Shown in pieces: positions 35,666 through 44,230 of a stretch of 47,547 nt of DNA. The stretch comes from a virus (lineage: Duplodnaviria > Caudoviricetes). A program made the translations under genes and the position numbers. The notes beneath the pieces were generated by a model. The model did not search any database and was not told the origin of the DNA. It saw nothing but the letters and a program-made list of their open reading frames with translations. How positions within the stretch are numbered: the stretch's first letter is position 1; each line of letters opens with the position of its first letter. Location of the stretch: the IMG/VR virus record IMGVR_UViG_3300032280_000673, positions 1 through 47,547 of that record; one strand, 5' to 3'.

Positions 35666-38191
35666 ATGGCAGAAAAATTAGTATCACCGGGTGTTTTCAC
35701 AAGAGAAAACGACCTTTCATTTTTACAACAAGGTGTGGCTGAAATAGGTGCAGCATTCATAGGCCCTTTCTTAGAAGGACCAGTAGTTCCAACAATCGTA
35801 AATTCACAAGCTGAGTTTGCTGAATTATTTGGAGCAGCTGATGGAACATATTACACTCCATTAGCAGTACAAAACTATTTAAGAGAAGCAGGAACTGCAA
35901 CAATTTGTAGAGTAGCTGGTGTTGGTGGATATACCGAAACCGCTCCTTTATTAGTAAGTGCAGTTAACTTAGGACAAATCGATACATTAGTATCATCATC
36001 CACTCTTACAAGCTATACTTCATCAGAAGGAACGAATGCTGGAACGGCATCTATTCAATTTATAGGTGGTACATTTACAACGGCACCAACTGCATATGTA
36101 ACAATAGTAGCTGGTCAGGTAACAGGAATTACACTTACTCAAAAGGGAAGTGGATTGACGGTTGCACCGACTGCAGTATATGTATCTCAATCGGTAACGG
36201 CAACAAATTACCAAGCAACCGGCTCATTTAATATTACATATGATGTATCTGGTTCAACTGCAGCAATTTTATTTAATACATCTGGAAGTAATAATGGTGG
36301 ATTTACTGGTGAAACAATAACGGATACGGATGGTAATGGTGATTTCACTTTATCAACTTTAGGAGCAGCATCTTTAAAAGCAACTGATGTAAATGATGTT
36401 GAATCTGTATTTGGAACTTCTCCATTTGGTACTAAGGACGCATATGTATATGGGTATTTCAAAAATAGTAGTATTAATTTGGATTCACATGCATCTGCTT
36501 CTGTAACAGTATTAGGTAATCAAAATTTTGGATTTGATGCACAAGAAGCATTGACTCCAATGATTAAATCACAAACAATTAGTGGTTTAAGAGAAGATTT
36601 ATTTCAGTTTGAAACATTAGGTGTTGGTAATTCTGCAAATACAAAAGTAAAAATAGGTATTTCAAATATCAAACCAGCAGGTTCAGTAAACGGAACAGAT
36701 TATGGTACATTCACAATTGTAGTAAGAGATTTTAATGATACCGAAAAGAAAAAAGTTGTATTAGAAACTTATTCAAATGTAAACTTAGACCCTAATTCTC
36801 CAAACTTTATTAGTAGAGTAATAGGTGATAGAAAATTATCAATCAATTCTTTGGGCAAAATAACCGAAACTGGTGATTGGGTAAATAATTCTAAGTATGT
36901 TAGAGTTGCAAATTTAAATATAAACGCACCGGTACAAGCAGTACCTTTTGGACACTCTGCTTATACTTTACCAGTATCTGCATCAGCGGGTGTTGGGTCA
37001 TTGATTCCTAGAGTAACATTCGGAACTGGTTCAATAGACCAATCAGGAAGTGTGTATTATGCAGGTATTGATTTAGATTTTAATACGGATAATTCAATTT
37101 ACTTAAAACCAATCCCAACAGGTGCTGGTGTAGGTTCTAATTCAGTATTTGGATTGGATTCACTTACATCAACCACATCGGCACTTACAAATTTAGTAGT
37201 AGGTGATGCAAGAGCACAATTTATAGTAGCATTCCAAGAAGGATTTGATGGTATGAATCCGGCAACTGTATCTAATTTAGGTAGTAATATTACAACTGGT
37301 AACTCTCAAGGTTTTGACTTAACAAATTCAACATCGAAAGGTTCTTTGGCGTATATGAAGGCAATTAACGCTTTATCTAACGCTGATGAATTTGATATTA
37401 ATATGGTAATTGCACCGGGTGTTGTACAGAGATTACACTCTTATATTTCAACTGCAATTATTGATTTATGTGAACAAAGAAGTGATTGTTTCTATATTAT
37501 GGATGGTACAACTGCAGGTGATTCAATAGGACAAGCAACAACAGCTGCATCCGCAATTGATTCTAACTATGTGGGTACTTATTATCCTTGGATTAAAACA
37601 ATTGATGTTAACACAAATAAATTAGTAACAGTTCCACCATCAGTATTATTACCTGGAGTATTTGCAGCAAACGATAGAGTAGCAGCAGAATGGTTCGCAC
37701 CAGCAGGTTTGAATAGAGGTGGTTTAGTAGGAGCGGTTAGTGTATTAAATAGATTAACTCAATCTGAAAAAGATGAATTATATGAAGGTAAAGTAAACCC
37801 AATTGTACAATTCCCAGGACAAGGTATTGTAGTATTTGGCCAAAAAACATTACAAGATAAACCATCAGCATTAGATAGAATCAACGTAAGAAGATTGTTA
37901 TTAAGTGTTAGAAAATATATCGCATCTACTTCAAGATATTTAGTATTTGAACAAAATACTTCTGAAACAAGAAATAGATTTTTAAATATTGTTAACCCTT
38001 ATTTAGAATCAATCCAACAAAGACAAGGTTTGTACGCATTCCGTGTTGTAATGGACGATTCAAATAATACTCCAGATGTAATTGATAGAAACATTATGAA
38101 AGGTGCTATCTACTTACAACCAACTAAGACCGCTGAATTCATTCAAATTGATTTCAACATCTTACCAACTGGAGCAGCATTTAACGGATAA
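35666..38191 (+). CDS. Tail sheath protein, T4 gp18-like
   Basis: SPGVFTRENDLS; YYPW...PPS...WFAPAGLNRG...VNPI..FPGQG..VFGQKTL...DRINVRRL...FEQN...PTKTAEFI. Confidence 0.96.
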   Translation: MAEKLVSPGVFTRENDLSFLQQGVAEIGAAFIGPFLEGPVVPTIVNSQAEFAELFGAADGTYYTPLAVQNYLREAGTATICRVAGVGGYTETAPLLVSAVNLGQIDTLVSSSTLTSYTSSEGTNAGTASIQFIGGTFTTAPTAYVTIVAGQVTGITLTQKGSGLTVAPTAVYVSQSVTATNYQATGSFNITYDVSGSTAAILFNTSGSNNGGFTGETITDTDGNGDFTLSTLGAASLKATDVNDVESVFGTSPFGTKDAYVYGYFKNSSINLDSHASASVTVLGNQNFGFDAQEALTPMIKSQTISGLREDLFQFETLGVGNSANTKVKIGISNIKPAGSVNGTDYGTFTIVVRDFNDTEKKKVVLETYSNVNLDPNSPNFISRVIGDRKLSINSLGKITETGDWVNNSKYVRVANLNINAPVQAVPFGHSAYTLPVSASAGVGSLIPRVTFGTGSIDQSGSVYYAGIDLDFNTDNSIYLKPIPTGAGVGSNSVFGLDSLTSTTSALTNLVVGDARAQFIVAFQEGFDGMNPATVSNLGSNITTGNSQGFDLTNSTSKGSLAYMKAINALSNADEFDINMVIAPGVVQRLHSYISTAIIDLCEQRSDCFYIMDGTTAGDSIGQATTAASAIDSNYVGTYYPWIKTIDVNTNKLVTVPPSVLLPGVFAANDRVAAEWFAPAGLNRGGLVGAVSVLNRLTQSEKDELYEGKVNPIVQFPGQGIVVFGQKTLQDKPSALDRINVRRLLLSVRKYIASTSRYLVFEQNTSETRNRFLNIVNPYLESIQQRQGLYAFRVVMDDSNNTPDVIDRNIMKGAIYLQPTKTAEFIQIDFNILPTGAAFNG

Positions 38192-38203
38192 TTTAGAAAA
38201 CAG

Positions 38204-38212
38204 ATATTTATA
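38204..38212 (+). promoter_or_regulatory. Putative late promoter ATATTTATA
   Basis: Intergenic, before the tube gene. Confidence 0.7.
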
Positions 38213-38237
38213 TAAAAGAATTAAAAAATAAAGTAAA

Positions 38238-38726
38238 ATGCCAGAAATATTAGAGTTTGATAAAATGTTCTATAAGAATTTTGAACCAAAATTAGGTAAT
38301 AGATTCATTATGGAAATAAATGGTATAGAATCGTATATCATCAAAACAGCAGCAAGACCAACTTTCACATCGGAGATAGTTGAATTAGACCACATCAATG
38401 TAAAAAGAAAGATTAAAGGTAAATCTAATTGGGATGATGTAAATATTACTCTTTATGACCCAATTGTACCATCAGGTGCACAACAAGTTATGGAGTGGAT
38501 TAGAACATCACATGAATCATTAACAGGTAGAGATGGATATTCTGCTTTCTATAAGAAAGATGTTACATTCTTCTTATTAGGACCAGTTGGTGATAAAGTA
38601 GAACAATGGACTTTGAAAGGAGCATTTATCACTCAAGCTAACTTTGGTGAATTAGATTGGGCATCAAATGACCCAGTTTCAATTGAATTGACATTAGCAT
38701 ATGATTACGCTATTTTAGAATACTAA
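38238..38726 (+). CDS. Tail tube protein, T4 gp19-like
   Basis: RKIKGKSNWDDVNITLYD...EW...WTLKGAF....FGELDW...IELTLAYDY; follows the sheath gene. Confidence 0.92.
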   Translation: MPEILEFDKMFYKNFEPKLGNRFIMEINGIESYIIKTAARPTFTSEIVELDHINVKRKIKGKSNWDDVNITLYDPIVPSGAQQVMEWIRTSHESLTGRDGYSAFYKKDVTFFLLGPVGDKVEQWTLKGAFITQANFGELDWASNDPVSIELTLAYDYAILEY

Positions 38727-38747
38727 TCTAAATAAAATTATAAAAAG

Positions 38748-38785
38748 AAAGGGATACCAACAAAGTATCCCTTTTTTATTTTTTT
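38748..38785 (+). terminator. Rho-independent terminator after the tube gene
   Basis: AAAGGGATAC-CAACAAA-GTATCCCTTT followed by T runs. Confidence 0.9.
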
Positions 38786-38823
38786 GAAAACATAATATAT
38801 ATAATAAACACAAAAGTTATATT

Positions 38824-39642
38824 ATGGAACAACAAAATGTAGAACAACAAGTTACTAGAGGATTAAGTGGATTTCAACAACAAGGACAAAAGTCATATGC
38901 ATTTCCAACCGAAGTAATATCTTTACCATCAAAAGGACTATGTTATCCTGAAACATCTCCATTGTCAAAAGGAGAGATTACAATTAAATTAATGACTGCA
39001 AGAGAAGAAGATATTTTAACTTCTACAAATTTATTAAGAAAAGGAATTGTATTAGATAAGTTATTAGAATCAATTATAGTAGAATCAAATGTAAATATTG
39101 GTGATTTACTAATTGGTGATAAAAACGCAATATTAATTTCTAGTAGAATATTAGCATATGGTCCAGAATATAGTGTAACTATAAATGACCCAAATGAAAA
39201 TGAATCGGTTGATGTTAAGGTTGATATGTCTAAATTGAAAATAAAAGAAATAGATGAATCATTGTTGAATAGAACAAACGAATATCAATATGTATTACCA
39301 AAAACAGGAGTACCTGTTAAATTCAAATTATTAACTCATTTTGACGAACTTGCAATACAAAAGGACATTGATGCTAGTGAAAAGACATTAAAACAATCTA
39401 ATGAAATTACTACAAGATTACGAAGAGTTTTAATCGAAATTGATGGAAATAGAGATTTAGGATATATTAGTAATTTTGTTATAAATCAATTACAGGCCGC
39501 AGACTCTCGTTCTTTGAGAAAATATATTCAAACATTAACACCGGATATTGATTTAACATTTGATTATACCTCACCATTCACCGGAGAGACGGAGGCTCTT
39601 AAAGTCCCAATAGGACTTGACTTTTTTTACCCTACCGACTAA
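38824..39642 (+). CDS. Tail/baseplate-hub assembly chaperone, T4 gp26-like
   Basis: ISLPSKG..YP...IKLMTAREEDIL...D.NAILI..RI.AYG; ends LDFFYPTD; lies between tube and tape measure. Confidence 0.75.
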   Translation: MEQQNVEQQVTRGLSGFQQQGQKSYAFPTEVISLPSKGLCYPETSPLSKGEITIKLMTAREEDILTSTNLLRKGIVLDKLLESIIVESNVNIGDLLIGDKNAILISSRILAYGPEYSVTINDPNENESVDVKVDMSKLKIKEIDESLLNRTNEYQYVLPKTGVPVKFKLLTHFDELAIQKDIDASEKTLKQSNEITTRLRRVLIEIDGNRDLGYISNFVINQLQAADSRSLRKYIQTLTPDIDLTFDYTSPFTGETEALKVPIGLDFFYPTD

Positions 39643-39847
39643 TTATTCAACGGTATTACACCAACAAATATTTAATCTAATTTATAATTCCAATGGTGGT
39701 TTTACTTGGAATGATGTATATTATATGCCTATTAAACTTAGAGAGTTTTATTGGAGAGAATTGTTAAAAACAAAAGACGCAGAAGCCGGTGTTTACGAAA
39801 AAGCAATGAATAAAAATACAACTCCAAAGACAGCAAGAAGAAGATAA
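39617..39847 (+). CDS. Second tail chaperone segment (gp51-like), probably reached by +1 frameshift
   Basis: QIFNLIYNSNGGFTWNDVYYMPIKLREFY; only a TTG start, overlapping the upstream gene across GAC TTT TTT TAC. Confidence 0.65.
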   Translation: MTFFTLPTNYSTVLHQQIFNLIYNSNGGFTWNDVYYMPIKLREFYWRELLKTKDAEAGVYEKAMNKNTTPKTARRR

Positions 39848-39860
39848 AAAAGTATATCTA

Positions 39861-39869
39861 ATATTTATT
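39861..39869 (+). promoter_or_regulatory. Putative late promoter ATATTTATT
   Basis: Intergenic, before the tape measure gene. Confidence 0.55.
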
Positions 39870-39887
39870 ATAGAATAACTTCATTTA

Positions 39888-42635
39888 ATGGCTAAAAATA
39901 CAAAAAAATACAAACCAGTAACTACTGATAATAGTGACAATTCTTTGGAAAGAAGTATAACTTATTTCAATAAAAATGTCACAAATTTTACTCAGTCAAC
40001 AAATGACCTTATAAGGAGTATAAACACATTTACCAAATCGGTAGATAGTTTTAAAACAGGTGTAGAAGAACAAAAAAAAGAATCCAAAAAAAATAACAAA
40101 GAAAATAAACCAAGTTCAGGTAAAGGCGGTGGAAGCAAGAAAAAAGTATTTACAGAAAACAAAGCTTGGGCAAATAAAACACAAAAGGGATTAGATAAAT
40201 TTCAAGAACGTGCAAGCAAATTAGGATTAGGTAGATTACAACAATTTACAAATGATGTATTTGGAAAGAATGCAACCAAAAAGATGACCAGAGGAATGGC
40301 CAGATTTTCAGGTGCAATTCAATCAAAAGGTGGTGCCGGTGGATTGGGTAAAGGTGGGGTAGGTAGAGCTATGAGTGGATTGGGAAGTGTAGCCGGTGGT
40401 GTACTTCGTATGGCAGGGCCTATTGGTGCAATTGCGGGTGTTGCAAAGATGGCATTTGATTTTTGGGATAGTGGAGGACTTGCAAAATTACAAGTTGCAG
40501 GTAAAATGCTTAGTGGAAATAAAATGACCGGAATAGATGATTTGAAAGATGTACAAGATTCATTAGAAGGAACTGAACAATTTCGTAAACTAAATGCGGA
40601 TTTCAATTATAAAGTACCAGTCCAACTTAGACAACAGGCCGCAGATGATATGTTCAATTATCAAAAAGGAATTGAACAAGACCAATTGGGATATGAACAG
40701 AGTTTAGTTAAGGATAAATTAGACTATGAACTAGGATTGAGAAAAGACGCATTACAATTCCAATTCCAACAGGCAATGGAAACATTGGATGCAGAAATAG
40801 ATAAAAGAAAATCAATATCAGCATCTGGAATGTCCTTTATTAGTAAGTACGCATCTGTTTCAGAAAGAGCATTAAGAGCTATTGGTTCTTCAACTAAAGC
40901 TATTGTAGAAGGTATTGGTAAATTTCAATCTATATTCGGTGGTAGTGTAAAGGATAGCTTTAAATTAAATGAACAAGCGGCAGGTTTGGCTTATCATTTT
41001 GGAGGAAGTGCGGATGATGTAATGAACATGACAAATATGTTCAGATTGATGGGAAAAACATCAGGTGAAATGGCCCAAAATTTAATTGCCGGAATAACTG
41101 AATTTGCAAAAATAAACAATTTAGCACCTCAAGCTATATTCAATCAAATCAAAGATGCTGGTGAAGATATATACAAATTTAGTAATGGAACTGCAGAAAA
41201 CTTTGTAAAACAGGCAAGTTTACTTACTAAGATGAGTGTGTCGATGTCACAAATGATGAAGGCATCGGATTCAATGGTTCTTAATTACAAAGATAGTATT
41301 AAAGCCGAAATGAGTTTATCGGCAATGTTAGGTAAAAATGTAAACCTATCCGAAGTAAGAGCTAAATTAATGGCCGGAGACCAAGCAGGTGCAGCATCTG
41401 CACTTAAAACATCTTTAGGTGGAGTAGACATAAATGCAATGAACCCATTCCAAAAGCAAGCATTAACGCAGGCTACTGGTATGGATATATCGGCATTGAT
41501 GGGATTACAACAAGGTAAAGGTGGTGGGTTAACAGGTGAATTAGCTGCTGAAAAAAATAAAGGTAAAGCATTTGCAGAAGGTGCATTACAAGCCGATATA
41601 AGTGGTGCAGCTGCAAAATTAGCATTAGAACAAGAACAAAGAGCTAAACTATTGGCATTTGAGCAAAGGCAACGTTTAATCATGTTGCAATTAGAACAAG
41701 CACAAAGACTTGATGGAATTTTCTTAGAGCAAAAGTATAGAGCATTGGCCGCGGAGAAAGATTATAATTATGCAAAGGAATCTATGGCAGCTGATTTAAT
41801 GGCAGAATCCGCATCAAATTTTGTAGTAAACCAAGCCTCAGGAAACGCATCGGCTTTAAATTCACAAGGTTTAAGTGATGCAGCAATAGGAAAATTTACC
41901 CAAGCAATATCGGGAGTAGACAATAGTGTAAGCAATTTGATAAGTACCGGCCAAATTAAAGGAACGGATATGAGATTGGTTGAATATCTTACAAAAAAAG
42001 ATGACATTCTTGCTAATGTTCAAAACAAAACTCCTGAACAAATTCAAGCAGCTATAACAGCTGCATACGATAAAATCTTTGCGGTTGAAAAGGCAAATTT
42101 AGAAAAAGCAAAAATTGCAGAACAAAAACAACAAGAAAGGATAGTAAATATTGCAAAGGCCGCTGCAGAATTCAAGAATAGAGGTGATTCCCTTAGAAGT
42201 AAAGATTATGGTGATTATAAAACTAAATACAAAGTTACCGACGCTGAAGTTAAAGCGGCAGAAAAACTACTTACTAAAGATTATAGGGGTTACAAAGTAA
42301 ACACAAGTGTTACAACCGCTACTACATCTAAACCTACTGTACAAGCTGCCAATAATAGTAAACCAGTAGTAGAAACGGTTAAAGCTACCGGTGATAAACA
42401 AATAGCAACTACAACAAAGGCAATAGACATTCAAACAAAAGAGTTAACTGAAGCTCAATATAGTATAAAGATACAAAAAGAAATGGTTGCATTGTTAGGA
42501 GTTAATGCTCAATTTTTACAACAAATAAGTGATAATACTGTAAACCCAACCGGAGGACGTATTGATATTAAAACGGTAGGTGCAGGTTTATTAAATCAGG
42601 CACGTAGAGTTTATGGTGTAGCAAGAACTGCATAA
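39888..42635 (+). CDS. Tape measure protein
   Basis: 915 aa, helical and Ala/Lys/Gln-rich, with a Gly-rich hydrophobic segment; position after the chaperones. Confidence 0.8.
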   Translation: MAKNTKKYKPVTTDNSDNSLERSITYFNKNVTNFTQSTNDLIRSINTFTKSVDSFKTGVEEQKKESKKNNKENKPSSGKGGGSKKKVFTENKAWANKTQKGLDKFQERASKLGLGRLQQFTNDVFGKNATKKMTRGMARFSGAIQSKGGAGGLGKGGVGRAMSGLGSVAGGVLRMAGPIGAIAGVAKMAFDFWDSGGLAKLQVAGKMLSGNKMTGIDDLKDVQDSLEGTEQFRKLNADFNYKVPVQLRQQAADDMFNYQKGIEQDQLGYEQSLVKDKLDYELGLRKDALQFQFQQAMETLDAEIDKRKSISASGMSFISKYASVSERALRAIGSSTKAIVEGIGKFQSIFGGSVKDSFKLNEQAAGLAYHFGGSADDVMNMTNMFRLMGKTSGEMAQNLIAGITEFAKINNLAPQAIFNQIKDAGEDIYKFSNGTAENFVKQASLLTKMSVSMSQMMKASDSMVLNYKDSIKAEMSLSAMLGKNVNLSEVRAKLMAGDQAGAASALKTSLGGVDINAMNPFQKQALTQATGMDISALMGLQQGKGGGLTGELAAEKNKGKAFAEGALQADISGAAAKLALEQEQRAKLLAFEQRQRLIMLQLEQAQRLDGIFLEQKYRALAAEKDYNYAKESMAADLMAESASNFVVNQASGNASALNSQGLSDAAIGKFTQAISGVDNSVSNLISTGQIKGTDMRLVEYLTKKDDILANVQNKTPEQIQAAITAAYDKIFAVEKANLEKAKIAEQKQQERIVNIAKAAAEFKNRGDSLRSKDYGDYKTKYKVTDAEVKAAEKLLTKDYRGYKVNTSVTTATTSKPTVQAANNSKPVVETVKATGDKQIATTTKAIDIQTKELTEAQYSIKIQKEMVALLGVNAQFLQQISDNTVNPTGGRIDIKTVGAGLLNQARRVYGVARTA

Positions 42636-42649
42636 TATTTAGAATAAAG

Positions 42650-42658
42650 ATATTTATA
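42650..42658 (+). promoter_or_regulatory. Putative late promoter ATATTTATA
   Basis: Intergenic, before 42680. Confidence 0.7.
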
Positions 42659-42679
42659 ACTAAATACCACTATTCATAA

Positions 42680-43894
42680 ATGGCAACAATACGAGATTTA
42701 TTTAAATCACAACAAAAAGAACTTTACGGAAAGACTGAAAATATCAGAATCGAAAGTAGAGGTTTGATTAATCCCCAAAGAGGAGCTGCATTACTTGCAT
42801 CATCTCCAGATGCCATTGCAGATTTAATTGGAGGACAAATTGGTGGTGCACTTGGTGGAAGTGCAAATAGACCATCTGATACTATATTCAGAGGAAAGGG
42901 TGTTTTTAATAAACCAATATCACTAGGAAGAACACAACAGGGATTAAGAAATGCAATAGAACCAGAAAAGGATTATTTTGTAAAACAATCACCATCACCC
43001 GCATCAATTTTAGCAACTTTAAATCAAGGTTCATCCAATTTACAAGGTGTTGCAACCAATCTTGCAATAAATGCCGTAACAAAGGGTGGTTTGAAAAATT
43101 TGGCAAACGCATTAAAAAAACCAAAAACTGGTAAAACTATCACATTAAGTGATGGTACAGAATTACCAATATACACCAAAAAAGATAATTTTTCAAAAAC
43201 CATAGATGTAAATAAACGATGGGATACCGATTCGGTTCAAGATATTGAAAAAATTGAAGCTGATAAGTTAAGTGAGTTTATAAAAACCCATACAGGTAAA
43301 AATCAAGTATTGGTTTTGTTTAAAAAATATGGTAAATCAACTACAATACCATTTGAAGGAACTATTGGTGGGTTGAGTGAAGATGTTACACCAGAATGGA
43401 CTAATTTTAGATATTTGGGTTCACCATTTAAAGTGAATAGGTATTTGGGTGTTGAAAGAAGTTTAAAATTTAATTTAAAATTGTATTACCAAACAAATGG
43501 TCAAAAACTAAATTTGGTGAAAAAAATAAACTATTTAAAATCATTGGCATTTCCATATGATGAAATTTCCGAAATGAAATATGGTGGTGAAACTCAAACA
43601 TCACAATATGCTTTTTCACCAAATTTAGTTTATTTATCAATCGGTGATATGTATAAAAATGTATTTGGATTTATTGAAAATTTGTCGTTTTCAATAGAAG
43701 ATAATATTACATGGCCATCTAACTTTGATGACCCAATTGATACCTTTATGTATCCATCGGTGGTTGATGTTTCTATTGGTATGAAAATAATAGAAAATCA
43801 CAAAACGGAAACACAAAATGATATTACCAGATATAAATACGATTTCGATGGTAGAGGAACCGATGAGTCCATATCAGAAACAATTCTCAAATAA
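42680..43894 (+). CDS. Baseplate/tube-initiator-like protein
   Basis: FEGTIGGLSEDVTPEWT..RYLG......YLGVERSLKF...P.LVYLSIGD....GFIENLSF suggests a tube-like fold; follows tape measure. Confidence 0.6.
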   Translation: MATIRDLFKSQQKELYGKTENIRIESRGLINPQRGAALLASSPDAIADLIGGQIGGALGGSANRPSDTIFRGKGVFNKPISLGRTQQGLRNAIEPEKDYFVKQSPSPASILATLNQGSSNLQGVATNLAINAVTKGGLKNLANALKKPKTGKTITLSDGTELPIYTKKDNFSKTIDVNKRWDTDSVQDIEKIEADKLSEFIKTHTGKNQVLVLFKKYGKSTTIPFEGTIGGLSEDVTPEWTNFRYLGSPFKVNRYLGVERSLKFNLKLYYQTNGQKLNLVKKINYLKSLAFPYDEISEMKYGGETQTSQYAFSPNLVYLSIGDMYKNVFGFIENLSFSIEDNITWPSNFDDPIDTFMYPSVVDVSIGMKIIENHKTETQNDITRYKYDFDGRGTDESISETILK

Positions 43895-43921
43895 TTTAAT
43901 TGAGAACATAAATAAAATTAA

Positions 43922-44224
43922 ATGGCAAATAGATATCAATATAGTCAATCACTACAAACTAAAGGAACTAAAAAAAAATATTTAGGAAGTGTTATTTATC
44001 CAAAAATAAAACCATCGGATGATGATTTATACATCATATCCGATACGAGTGATAGATTGGACATACTTGCATCGAAATATTATAATGATAAAACACTATG
44101 GTGGATTATAGCAACTGCAAATAATTTAAATGATGCATCGTTATCAATCACACCTGGTACTCAAATGAGAATACCATCAAATTTGTCAATAATATTGAAC
44201 GATTTTGAAAAAATAAATAAATAA
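43922..44224 (+). CDS. LysM-like baseplate protein (gp53/P2 gpX-like)
   Basis: DRLDILASKYYNDKTLWWIIATANNL...ITPGTQMRIP. Confidence 0.8.
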   Translation: MANRYQYSQSLQTKGTKKKYLGSVIYPKIKPSDDDLYIISDTSDRLDILASKYYNDKTLWWIIATANNLNDASLSITPGTQMRIPSNLSIILNDFEKINK

Positions 44225-44230
44225 TAAGTT

